A stretch of 64,000 nt of DNA from Cenococcum geophilum (lineage: Eukaryota), in NCBI GenBank assembly GCA_050273025.1, contig CP158636.1, positions 2,232,001 to 2,296,000 of the forward strand, written 5' to 3'. Positions within the stretch are counted from its first letter, which is position 1; every line of letters begins with the position of its first letter. Position numbers and translations under genes: made by a program. Below, in pieces: positions 1-12,550 of this stretch. The notes under the pieces were generated by a model. It did no database searches. It was not told where the DNA came from and saw nothing but the letters and a program-made list of their open reading frames with translations.

Positions 1-3000
1 TATTAGGAATACCTTAGTTATAGGAATATAATCTAAAGATCGATTAGATTATAGGTTAGGTTAATATTAGGGATACTTAACGCTATAAGATATAATAATA
101 AGCTAAGTTAGTATGGTACTAAGTAGAAGCGACCTACAAAGAAACGGAAAAAGGGCTAAGCTATATACTAAAGAGATACCATAAGTATAGTAAGAAACTA
201 TAGTCACCTAAGAGTGAAAAGCTGTTAAAGTATATAGTATAGGACTATAAAATAGAATTAGAACTAGAAATAAGTCCAAGGTTCTTTCCAATCTATAAGC
301 TTACCAAAGAAGAAGGTAGAGCATTAAAAGAGTTTATCCAAAAAAACTTATAAAAGGGATACATTAGACCATTGCAGTTATTAGCAGGTTATCTAGTACT
401 ATTTATACTAAAAAAGAATAGTAAACTAAGGCTATATATTAACTATAGACAGTTAAACAGTATTACCAGAAAGGATAAGTATCCTTTACCTTTAATTAGC
501 GAAATCTAAGACAGAATAGGTAACGCGTAAATCTTTATAAAGATAGATCTAAGATAGGCGTACTATCAGATTAGAATTAAGGAAGGCGACGAATAAAAGG
601 CAGCCTTTAGGTTAAAGGAAGGACTATATAAACTATTAATTATATAATTTAGGCTTATAAACGTACCAGCAATGTTCTAGAAGCGTATTAATAATATATT
701 AAGAGAACATTTAAATAAATTTGTTATAGTATATTTTAACGATATTATTATCTACTTAATAAACGAGGAAGAATATAAAGAACACATTAAATGGGTTTTA
801 GAGAGATTATAGGAAGAACAAATACTAGTAGCAATTAAGAAATGCGAGTTCTTTATAAGGAAGACCAATTTTGTTAGATTTATTATTAAACTAGGCTAAC
901 TTAGTATAGATCTAAAGAAGATTAAGGCTATAGTGAATTGGCAAGAACTAGAGAACGTTACGTAGTTAAATTGTTTTTAGGGTTTTGTAATTACTGCAGA
1001 AGGTTTATAGCGCAATAGTTAAAGGATATTAAACCATTTACGCGATTAATAAAGAAAGAAGAACCATGGGCATAGGAAGAGGAATAGTAGAAACTCTTTA
1101 AGAAGATTAAAGAGTTGTTTACCTAAAAGCCAATTCTTAAGATCTATTAACTAGGACTAAAAACGGTTGTAAAGATAGATATATTAGACTTTATACTAGG
1201 AGCATATTTTATATAAAGGCATCTAGATAGATAGCATTTAGTAGCATATTATAGTTGGAAGATAACACTACCAGAGTTAAACTATAACATCTATAACAAG
1301 GAGTTGTTAGGTATAGTTGCAGCACTAAAGGAATAAAGAGCATTCTTATAAGGTATAGAGAAACCATTTATGGTTAAAACGGATTATAAGAACCTAATAG
1401 GATTCCTAATGATAAAGGAACTTAATTAAAGACAGGTTAGATAGGCAGAGATGCTTATGGAATACTATTTCAAGATTTAGCACATTAAGGGTACAAAGAA
1501 TGTACGAGTAGATGCTCTAAGCAGAAAGACTAAACTATAAAATAACGATAAGCTATTAGGGGCTTTACTACAAAAAGATATAGATAGATTAATTAGGTAC
1601 AATTATCTAAAGATTACAGCAACTTAAGAAAATGAGTTAGAAAAGGTCTACAAGACACTAGAAAGCTTTTAGGTATAAAGAATTCTAAAAGTATAGCTAG
1701 AAGATCTATAGTTAGATATGTATAAAAACCAAGAAGTAAAGTATATCCTAAAAAGCATAGCAGAGCAGTTCGTGGAGGACTTTTATAAGGGACTAACTTA
1801 AGAATATAATAGAGCCACAGGCTTAGTATTAAGACTCTAGAAGGAGTATATTATTAATAGAATCTAGAGGATAGCCAGAAAGGTCACTAAGGAGTGTTTA
1901 GATTATTAAAGGAATAAACCAATAAGGTATAAGCCGTATAGAGGGTTACAACCTATTAAAACACTAGAAAGACTATAGGAGGTCATATTATAGGACTTTA
2001 TTATTAAGTTGCTAAAATTAAGAGATCCTATTACTAGACAAGATTATAATGCAATCTTAGTAATAGTAGACAAGCTTATAAAGTAGGGATACTTTATAGT
2101 ATATACGGAAGAAATCTTAGCGAAAGATATCGCTAGAATCTATATTAAAGAAGTGTTTATAAGACATAGAGCACTAAGCAAAATTATATCGGATAGAGAT
2201 CTAAGATTTATAGTAGCATTTTAGGAGGTATTCTTAGCGGAATAAGGAGTTTAAGCAGTAACTTCTACCGCATATTATCCGCAGACAGACGGTTAAATGA
2301 AAAGATTAAACTAGACACTAGAGCAGTATTTAAGGTATTACGTTAATTACGCATAGAATAATTAGGTATTGCTATTACTAGTTATATAGTTTACATATAA
2401 TATAACACTACAAAAAGGAATGGGTACGTTACTATTTAAGGCGAATTATAGATATAAGCTAAAAACATTATTATCGCTATATTAAGTAAAGAAAACGAGT
2501 AATAGAGCTAAGTAAAGGATGGAGACTTTAATAAATCTTTATATAAACCTTATAGAAACAGCTAAGGTAGTATAGCAAAGAATAAAAAAATACTACGATG
2601 TTAAGAGATCTAAGGGACTAGATCTTAAGGAAGGAAATAAAGTATAGCTACTATATAAAAATTTTAAGAGTTAACGACTAAGTAAGAAGTTAGACTACGT
2701 TAGACTAGGACCTTTTAAAATTATATAAAGGATTTCACCGGTCACATTTAAGTTAAACCTACTAGCTAAAATAAAGATCTACCCTATATAGTATATCGCG
2801 ATGCTAGAGCCAGTATATAGAAATGTTAAGCCACTAGTTTACGAAGCAGACATATATAGAGGTTAGGAAGAAGACAAATAACAAGTTTTAAAGATTATTA
2901 GTTACGAGGACATTAACAATAAAACATAGTATAAGGTTAAGTAGATAGGCTACACTAAGACTACCTAGGAGCCACTAGAGAATTTAAAGAATGCTATAGG

Positions 3001-3060
3001 AAAGGTATAGGAGTATCGGAAGAAAATAAGTTAGGCAACATTAATAAAGAAGGATTATTA
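1..3060 (+). pseudogene. Gypsy pol remnant (RT, RNase H, integrase, chromodomain)
   Basis: FVIVYFNDIIIY (YLDD after RIP reversal) ~720-755; NYNIYNKELL ~1278; ADALSR-like ~1508; YYPQTDG ~2273; GPF ~2708; chromodomain YKVK(W)xGY ~2930. Confidence 0.93.
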
Positions 3061-3069
3061 AAAAATAAG

Positions 3070-3645
3070 TCACCTAAGGGGGACCTAGGAAGAGCGACTG
3101 CCGAACTACTTAAAGTTGTTCCCTTTACTATAAGAGGAGAGTCGGTTCTCTTATTACCTAGTTCCTAAAGACCTTATTTTATAAGCTTCTACTCCTTAAA
3201 ATAAACCTTCTTACAAACCTTCTTAAGACGAAGTAATTAAGTAGACGCCGCGATGCGAGTATCTAGGGCCTTCTGTTCCGTATTACGAAAACGTTCTAAC
3301 TTAGTAAGGGCTTAAGACAGTTTACCATCTAGCCGTATAGCAGCAGATTAAATATAAAACCCTAAGACAAATTAATTAGGAAACTAGATAACTATTAAGA
3401 GTAATAGGTCGCGTATATTTAGCATTAGAGGTAGAGCGAACATCGCAAGACAATTAAATATTTACTTTAGTGCACTCTAAATAAGAGGAAGGTTGCTAAG
3501 ATAAAGGACTTAATAAAGTAATATAAACTAACCCTTCTTTCGCACAACGAGAACACGGAGACGGTATAATCTTACTAAAAGATAATATCGCAGTAATAGT
3601 GCGGACACGACGTTGGGCGTATAAAGAAGAAATTGCTTTAGGTAT
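3070..3645 (-). pseudogene. Antisense accessory gene of Gypsy family 1: Zn(II)2Cys6-like cluster plus coiled coil, one intron (3416-3362); 3' end approximate
   Basis: Minus strand reads CSRCAKEGLV(C)-x13-(C)LECTKVNI.LSCDV; 55-nt intron with CTAAT branch and TAG acceptor keeps the frame into RLDGKLS.ALTKLERFR; second copy at 37600-38181. Confidence 0.7.
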
Positions 3646-3753
3646 AATAAGTAATAATATTAACTAAATTAATTAGACGGATATTATACCTCTAGTAAAT
3701 AACTTAGAGATATTTTAAAATTTTGAGGACAAAGATAAAGAGGAGGGAGATAG

Positions 3754-4178
3754 TATTACGGACGCTTTAAGTATAATATTATAACTACTAGGAGAGGAGT
3801 TAAAAGAAGCTAGTTAGTTAATTTAGGCACGGTCTAAAATAGAACCGGTAGAACTATATAACAAGGAATAGTAACTAAGGTTATATAATATGCTATATAT
3901 TAAATAAAAGGAATAAGAGGAACTTACGTACCTTATATATAAGACGTATATTATATATAAGAAGGATTTTATAGGAGTACGGTTGTATATTTAAGGACCC
4001 TTAGTCCCTACCTAAATAGTTCCTTTCTTATAGTGATTCTTAGAATACAATTAGAGTTAATCTATTAGGCAACCACTCCACTAGTTATTATCTCGTTGTT
4101 AACTACTGTCTTTGCATTTCCTATACACCTAGCCTATTAACGAGCCCATCGTAGTTCCTGCTACAAGGTTCCATTACA
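3754..4178 (+). repeat. 3' LTR of Gypsy copy A (425 bp)
   Basis: T(G>A)TTAC...TTACA termini; homologous to 17569-17989, 38290-38692 and (reverse) 16646-17065. Confidence 0.95.
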
Positions 4179-4696
4179 GTAGCTATACTTTATCTCCCTC
4201 CTTAAGATCTAGTCCCTTAGATCTCTTAGTATTATAGTACTTTTTTACTCTTTCTTATACTTTCTTTACTAATTCTATAAGGTCTATATAAAGATTTATT
4301 AATATCTTTATTCTATCTTTAACTATACTACTTATTTTCTTTACTTATTATAGTAATAACAATATTCTTAGCTTATATCTATAATTTGCCTTAAATAGTA
4401 ATATGCCTATTCCTTTCTATAGTATTATATTATATATAAACAGTATAATTAGTAATAATAATACCTAATTATTCTATCTATAATTAATATAATATCTTAG
4501 ATACTATTCTAGCGTCTAATTTAATCTTTCTATTTAACTATCTATCTACGGATAATATGCGGTAGAAGTTACTGCTCTAACTCCTTACTCTACTAAGAAT
4601 ACCTCTTAGAATACTATTATAAATCTTAAATCCCTATCTAATATAATCTTACTTAGTACTTTATGTCTTATAAATACTTCTTTAATATAGATTCTA

Positions 4697-5167
4697 TTAT
4701 TTACACGCTTGCGGAGAAGAGGATTAATTAATCTAATTAGTAGGTACGGGCTTAAAGGCATTAATTGAGAATGGGTATATTCGCAAGGCCATTTACAAGG
4801 GATTGCCCTACCTTAACTAAACGTGATGCCCATAGACCCGTGCGCAAGCATATTGCTGCAGTATCTATTTATAAAGCCCAAAATATGCAACTAAAGAAAA
4901 AGGTATAGGTGGGAGGGAAAGCAAGCAAGTAAGGCTTAATTTTGTAAATGTTGATGATATTAGTGTTGCTAAGATGCAGGGGTGCTACTGTAGTGCTCGC
5001 TTAGCCACATAGACATATCTATCTATTATTTATATGCTTATAGAGAAGAGGATTAATTAATCTAATTGGTGGGTATAGGCTTAAAGGCATTAATTAAGAA
5101 TGGGTATATTCGCAAGGCTATTTATAGGGGATTACCCTGCTTTAACTAAATATAATACCTATAGACC
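4697..5167 (-). repeat. Ngaro 3' split direct repeats B1-A2-B2
   Basis: 142-bp B repeat at 4697-4838 and 5026-5167; 109-bp A repeat at 4917-5025 matches 9310-9418. Confidence 0.95.
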
Positions 5168-5369
5168 TAGAAGCGCAGCGCCCGTACTACACAAGGTAAA
5201 GTAGGGGGAAGAAAAAATAAAAAATAAAAAAGGGGGGGAAAGAAAAGATTTAAGTTAATATATTAGAGTGCCAAAATAGGTACTCTTATACGCCATTATG
5301 CCTAAATACCTTGCCTATTGTATTTAGGGCGAGTAATAATAAGAACGGTATTGGCGTTTTATATTAGAA

Positions 5370-6330
5370 GTTTACACTTAGCCGGAATAGGTCTTTTGGG
5401 GATAATAAATAGTAAAGCTAGAATGCTTGTAAGGACTACTGGCCTAATTACTATATTTGGCCGTCCGTAAAACCGTTATCTTAAGTATATTAAGTAGCAC
5501 CTTTCCGAAATAAGTGTCCGTTATAGAGCTTAGAGTAGAGGCCGAGAGTAGCAACTTTATACTTTAGCTTATTCCTAACCATATAGCTTATAAAGGCCAA
5601 TCTCTTAAAGTAAAAGAGAGGGGCGTTTTTAGGTTGGGGGTTATTTTTAAATAGGTATTTTATAGCTTAAACTGCGTATTTAGGTTGCCCTAAAGCGGCA
5701 ATTATAATTAAGACTCCTTAGTAATTAACGTCCGTTTTACTATACTTTAGACGTAATATTATATAATCCTCTACTAGTGTTATGTTGTTTCTAGTATATT
5801 TTATAGTAGAGAAGGCGTGGCTATCTTTCTGAGCCTTAGTATAGGTAATTTCGCCTAGATAAAGGAATCCTGTAAAGGCTATAGTAACAATAGTGTTAAA
5901 GTTAAGATCCTTAACGGATTGGGTATTTAGGGTAACTAATTAGGCGAGGATATCTTTAGTAATTAGCAATCTTTTAGCCGTAGTAGAGGGATTTATAGAT
6001 ATTATACCGTCTAGGATCCTCTTAATAATAGGATTATTAAAGATGGAGGTGTTATAATTAGCGTTAATATAGTGGGATTAAATTATAGAGATATAGGCTC
6101 TAACTGTAGTAGGCTTAATACGGCTTATTTTTAGACTAGTATTGCCGAAGATCCATTAGGTAATCTATTCTCCTAGGTAGTAGAGGGGTGCTAGGTACTT
6201 TACCGCTCTATAAAGGTCGCAGTAGCCCTTCTAACTCTTAATTGCGGGACGGTATAAATCTCTCGTTCTATCGGAGAGGCCGTACTATAATAGTTGGCTA
6301 AAGTATTCTAAGGGGGCTTTTACCTTAATC
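5370..6330 (-). pseudogene. Tyrosine recombinase of the Ngaro element (limits approximate)
   Basis: YNGHLFRKGAT (GHSFRKGA, H-x-x-R motif) ~5495-5525, then I..LG(R)(W)S.QAF.LYY with the catalytic Tyr ~5410-5460; AFTGFLYLGE (first Arg box) ~5850-5880. Confidence 0.9.
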
Positions 6331-6399
6331 TAGAAATTAGGTGGGGGGTTTTTAAGAGGGACTAGGTTTCCTATTTCGGCGTTAGATTAAATGTAATAA

Positions 6400-8050
6400 A
6401 GAAGCGTATAGTAATAGTAAATTAAAAGTATCCTAATACGGGTATAGTAATAATACCCTATTGCGATTAAAACGAGATAGAGTATTAGCTAGCCTATTTT
6501 CTATAGAGGAAACCTACTCTATATAGAGCGTAATATTATAGGCTATGGCTAGTTAGAGGATCTTATGGAGTAGGTAATTACCCAGTTTTTTTACTACCGT
6601 ATTTTAGAATCCTAAGAGTGCTACCGTGTTATCTGTATAGATATAGACTAAGCTGTGCTCCTACTATGTTGCCTAGAGCTAGAATAAGGTTGTAATCACT
6701 TAGACCTTTTACTTATTAATTAGGGCAAGGCGGTGTTCTGTATTAGGGTAGCAGCTTAAAAAATTATCTTAGGGTAGAGATACCAAATAGGGCGGCTATA
6801 TTGTCCCTTAAGAATCCTTAAGGAAGAAGAAGGCCCTATAACTAAAAATCCTGGATACGTTTAAGAAGAGATAGAATTATTTTTAATCCGTATTATTAAA
6901 GAAGAGGATACTATTTAAAAGGGTAAGAGTATCCCTTTACTATAATAAGTCTTGGCGAAGTTTAGCTATTAGCCATTAGTAAGGATAACTACCTACCTTT
7001 ATAAAAGTGGAGATAAACTCCTAGATAGAGTAGTTATATAAACGCCTAAGCCTAATTACCTAGGCGTTTTAAGTAAGTCTACTAGCTAGTTTTTAACTTT
7101 AAACTAGCGTTAGGGATCTACTACTTAACGCTTTATTAATCTCCTTAATTATAGTGGCCTGTTTTAAAGGAGAAAGACGTAGCTTAGACTTTAGAGTATC
7201 TATAATATAACCTAGGACTTTAGCCGTAGTGCCTTTAATATTTTTTAATTCGTTTTATAGGATGCCTAATTTGTTACTTAATTAGTTATATATACTAAGT
7301 AATTAAGGGAGGATAGAAGCGTTAGAGAGTATAAAGATAAAGTTATCTAGATAGTGCTTTAAGGCGGTGTTTGGGATATATTGGATAAGTATTTAGTAGA
7401 ATCCCTCCGTAAAAAGATTAAATAAAAAGGGTATAGTTTAAAGGCTAAATAAGAGGTAACGTTTAAAATATACTATACCCTTCTAGGAGAACCCTATAAG
7501 GTATTAAGCTTTAATAGAAAGTAGGATGTTTTAAAAGGCGTCCTTAATATCCCTCTTAATAATTATATAACTACGGCCTATATATATAACGTGTTAGAGA
7601 ACCTAATTAACTGTTAAATATTATAGTGTGGTAAATGCTATAGGGATTAAGTCGTTAATAGATTAGCTAGATAGTAAGGATAAGTTATAAATACAGCGCT
7701 ATCCTTTATCCGCTTTAGGTACTAAACCTAGTAGTAAGGATATAATAGGAGATATTGCTATTATAATCCTGCCTATATTTAGATTGGCGCTAATCTTCTC
7801 TAAGATTAGGACTATATTTATAGCTATTAAGGCTTAGTTCTTTTAGGAGAGGAGCTTAATTTTTAGGTCTGCCCTAATCTAACATTTAAACTTTAAGATA
7901 CTAATAATATTGCGTTAGAGGTTGCTGGGGTATAAGGATAGATAACGCCCCCACGCTTAAATAATTAAGGGGGAGGGAGAGTCCTATAGAGGAGAGGAGG
8001 GTAGGAAGACTGGAAATAATAGTATAGTATTTAGCTTACCTGTACTATAA
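6400..8050 (-). pseudogene. DIRS/Ngaro-type reverse transcriptase and RNase H (limits approximate)
   Basis: RCIYNLS (RRIHDLS-type) ~7680; KRDIKDAF ~7535-7557; HYLDN (YLDD) ~7342-7356; RNase H YTDNTVA ~6620-6645 and ENRLANTLSR ~6472-6500. Confidence 0.9.
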
Positions 8051-9140
8051 GGGTAGAGTATAGTTTCGGCGGAGTATAGGTATAGCTTAATAAAATCCTT
8101 TTCCTCCTCTTCCTTTTCCTTATTGACACTTTCCTTTAGTAATTGCTACTTATAATTCCTTATAGTATGCGGGCTACCGTACTTGCTGTAGGTATGCGGG
8201 AACTTGCAATTCTTGCCTAGGTTATACTTCCCTCTATTAAAGCTGTAATAGGTTCTTAAGATATTAATACTTACTTGCGTGTGTTTTAAGATAGATACGG
8301 ATTTATAAGTACTGGGATTGTAATAAATATCTAGGAAGTTACTAGAGATCTTTTAGTTGGCTAGCTCTAACTAGTTCTTTTAAATAACTATAGAGTGGTG
8401 CTTTAAGGCCATAGTCATTAAGGGAGTAATTTAGTAGGTAGTAGATAGCCAGATAACTTAATTATAGAAGGTAAGTATTTGGGGAATAAGATCTACCGAA
8501 AGATTCTTATATATAATAATTAAAATTATTATATAGTTAAGGAAGCCCTTTACCTATACTTTAACGGACGGGTAGTTCTTTATTATCCCTTCTTTTAGTT
8601 TTATAGAAAGGACGCTGTTAATAATAAGGATATTATTTTAAGGCTTAGACTAGAGCTAGTGTATCTAGAGGTAAGAGAGGTTATTAGGTAAGAAAGTACC
8701 CTAAAATACCTTAAGTATCTCTTTATTTGGGACGCTAGGGAGGAAGGTATTTAGGATATTAGCTGTAGATGGGAGCAACTTACCCGGTTTATTAATTGGG
8801 GTTAAGGATAATACTGCCGTAGCTAATCTCGCTGTTACTATAGTAAGGCTTAATATATGGAGTTTAGTCGCCTGATCTTCCTATTCTTTTTAGACGTATA
8901 GCATTTTGGTACGGTCCTTCTGTTCTTAAAGGAGTCTTATTTTCTAGTTGGTTGCCTAGTTCTTAATTTTTTTTACCTAAGCTCTTCTAATCCTTAGGTT
9001 CTCCTTGTGTAGTTACTAGAGCCGTTCTTTGGCTTTTTTAGCAGCTAAAGTCTTGCGTTAAGCCGCGGAGAGAGGCGCTATTATAGAGGATAGAGACTAT
9101 GACGCTAGCGTATCGCCTGAAGGTGTAAGGGAAGGTGAGG
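8050..9140 (-). pseudogene. Ngaro ORF1 (gag-like) with Cys/His zinc finger (limits approximate)
   Basis: (C)YSFNRGK(C)NLGKNCKFPHT(C)SK(C)GSPH at ~8165-8255. Confidence 0.75.
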
Positions 9141-12100
9141 GAGACTGGTAGGTAACCTCTGAGGAGTTTAGCTTATTGAGTTTTTGAGGTTTTTATAGAT
9201 GATTTGCGAAGGTTTAAACGAGCGTATAAGTTGTTGAGTTATTAACAGTAATAATTAATTATTAGAAATTGAGTAAATAAGGCATTGGCTTTTAAATGAG
9301 ACTAATATAGAAAGCAAGCAAGCAAGGCTTAATTTTGTAAATGTTAATAATGTTGGTGTTACTAAGATGCAGGGGTGCTGCTGCAGTGCTTGCTTAGCCA
9401 TATAGATATGTCCATCTAGTAATATCCTCTACTAAGATTTTTTTTATATATGCTATAAAGTAGCCCTATTTAGTTAACTTGTCTACTATTACTAAAATTA
9501 TATTATACTCTTATCTAGTAATAGGATCTTTTAACTTTATTAACTTAATAATAAAGTCCTATAATATAATCTTCTATAGTCTCTCTAGTATTTTAATAGG
9601 TTATAGCCCTTTATATAGCTTATACCTTATTAGTTTATTCCTTTAGTAATTTAGATACTCTTTTATTACTTTTCTAGCAATATTTTAGATTTTGTTAATA
9701 ATATATTCTTCTTAAAGTCTTAACACTAAGCCTATTACTCCATTATGCCCTTAAGTTATTCCCTTATAAAAATCTTCTATAAAATACTCTGCTATGCTTT
9801 TTAGGATATACTTTACTTCTTAATTTATATATATATCTATTTATAGGTCTTTTAGCTATACTTTTAAAATCCTTTATATCTAAAAGATTTTTAGTATCTT
9901 ATAGACTCTATCTAGTTTATTATCCTCTTAAGTTGCTACTAGTTTAGAGTAATTATATCTAATTAACCCATTACTATCTTTATGTAGCATTACTCCTAAT
10001 AGCTTTTCGTTATTTTATAGTTTAGCCTTTCTATTAAGTACGTCTGCTCTAATATTTTTAGTTTCTTTAGTATACTAAATCTTAAAATAGTATTTTATAA
10101 GCATCTCTACCTATCTAACTTATCTTTAATTAAGTTCTTTTATTATTAGGAACCCCATTAAGTTCTTATAATCTATCTTAACTATAAATAGTTTTTCTAT
10201 ACCTTATAAGAATGCTCTTTATTTTTTAAGTGCTATAACTATACCTAATAACTCCTTATTATAGACGTTATAGTTTAACTCTAGTAGTATTATCTTCCTA
10301 CTATAATATGCTATTAGGTGCTATATATCCTTATATCTTTATAGTAGGTATACTCTTAATATATAGTTTAATATATTTATCTTTATAACCGTGTCTAGTT
10401 CTAGTTAATAGATATTAAGGATTAGTTCCTAGGTAAATAACTCCTTAAATTCCTTAAATAACATCTTTTATTTATTTCCCTATACCTATAATTTCTCTTT
10501 CTTTATAAGCCTAGTAAATAGTTTAATATTCTTTAACTATTATACTATAACCCTTCTATAGTAGTTGCAAAACCCTAAAAATAACCTTAACTATGTTATA
10601 TTTTCTAGTTCTTACTAACTTACTATAGCTTTAATTTTCCTTAGGTCTATACTAATATAACCTAGTTTAATAATAAATTTAATAAAATTAGTCTTTCTTA
10701 TAAAGAACTTATATTTCTTAATTATTACTAGTATCTATTTCTCTTATAGTTTCTTTAAACCCTATTTAACGTGTTCCCTATATTCTTCCTTAGTTATTAA
10801 ATAGATAATAATAATATTAAGGTATGCTATAATAAACTTATTAAGGTGTTCTCCTAATATACTATTAATCCGTTTCCAAAACGTTACTAGTATATTTATT
10901 AATCTAAATTATATAACTAATAGTTTATATAGTCCTTCTCTTAACCTAAAAGCTGCCTTTTATTTATTGCCTTCCTTAATTCTAATCTAATAGTATGCCT
11001 ATCTTAGATCTATCTTTATAAAGATTTGCGCGTTACCTATCCAGTCTTAGATTTCGCTAATTAAGGGTAAAGGATATCTATCCTTCTAAGTAATGCTATT
11101 TAATTATTTATAGTTAATACATAACCTAAGTTTTCTATTCTTTTTGGTATAAATAATACTAAATAGCCTATTAATAACTGTAATAGTTTAATATATTCCT
11201 TTTATAAGTTCTCCTAGATAAACTCTTTAAGTGCGCTTATCTTTTCCTAAGTAAGCTTATAGGTTAGAAAGAACCTTAGGCTTATTTCTAGTTTTAACTT
11301 TATTTTATAGTTTTATACTATATAATTTGCTAGCTTTTTACTTTCTAGGCTCTATAGTTTTTTACTATACTTATAGTATCTCTTTAGTATATAACTTAAG
11401 CCTTACTTAGTCTCTTTATATATCGCTCTGGCTTAATACTATACTAACTTAATTTACTATTATATTTTGCGTTATTAAGTATTTCTAATATTAACCTAAC
11501 TTATAATCTAATTAATCCTTAGGTTATATTTCTGTAACTAAGGCATACTTAATACTACCTTATCCTGTCCTAATAGTAAGATATTAAAAGATATCTTAAT
11601 TTATTTTCCTTTAATGGTTATTTAAATAGGTCCTATTTTAAGGTTAATAATCCCTCCTCTATGGGCTATTAGATCTCCTAATATTATAACTAATAGGTAA
11701 AGTTACTCCTTTTATCTATAAGGTAATTTTATTCTCTTAACTACTACTAGTAAGATATAGTTTTATATTACTCTACTATCTATTAGTACTTTAAACTACT
11801 AATCTTACTATTTAACTTATAAATTTAGGTATTATCCTTAAATTCCTTTAAGGGTTTAAGGCTTTACTACTAGCTCCTTTTAGTTTTATAAGCCTTTACT
11901 TTTCCTAACTATTAGCTACTTAATCCTATTATACTTAGCTTACTCTTTAGCTAGTACTTAGTTTACTTTGTATCTTTAATATACTATAAATATATATTCT
12001 CTAGGTATTCCTACCACTATTATCTATCTAAGTATTCTTCTATAAGGAATCTTCCTAGTTAAAGTATTAAATCCCCTAATTTTTAAACTTCCGCTAGATA

Positions 12101-12550
12101 CCACCTATATATATACTTAGTATTTCTATACTATTACTTATCCGGCGCCCAATATATTCTTATAGGTTATTTCCTTTTTTTTTCCTTTAGATTCTTATGT
12201 ATTTTATATATATTATCTATATATACAATCTATAATAGCATATAGTATACTAGGTGCTTTAGGTTAACTTTTAACTTGTCTTTATCTTTAAGTTTAAATC
12301 TTTATTATATTAATCTAAACGTTATAACTTTATTTATAGGTACTAAAATATGCTTTTTACTTCTTTAGTCCTCTAATTATTCCTTTAAATCCTTTGGTAT
12401 TATAATTAAGGCTCCTTTAATATAAGTTATGGCCTTCTCTATAATTGGGTAATTTTAGATAACTTTTTTATCTAACTATATATAGAAATCTTCCTACTTA
12501 TTATTATATTGTTGCCTATACTACTTTTAGTATAGCTGCTAAAGTATATA

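Larger units (their letters stand above)
1..4178 (+). mobile_element. Ty3/Gypsy chromovirus LTR retrotransposon, family 1, copy A (5' part outside window), RIP-inactivated
   Basis: Domain order RT-RNaseH-integrase-chromodomain; polypurine tract ~3738-3750; 3' LTR 3754-4178; followed by GTAGC and an opposite-strand copy of the same family. Confidence 0.95.
4697..9418 (-). mobile_element. Ngaro-type (DIRS order) tyrosine-recombinase retrotransposon, full length, RIP-inactivated
   Basis: Split direct repeats A1 (9310-9418) - ORFs - B1 (5026-5167) - A2 (4917-5025) - spacer - B2 (4697-4838); gag, RT/RNaseH and YR motifs; host sequence rejoins across a TCTA core. Confidence 0.93.

Noticed and set aside
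5370..6330. Starship captain or phage integrase
   Set aside because: The recombinase is short and linked to RT/RNase H within split direct repeats, which defines a Ngaro-type retroelement.
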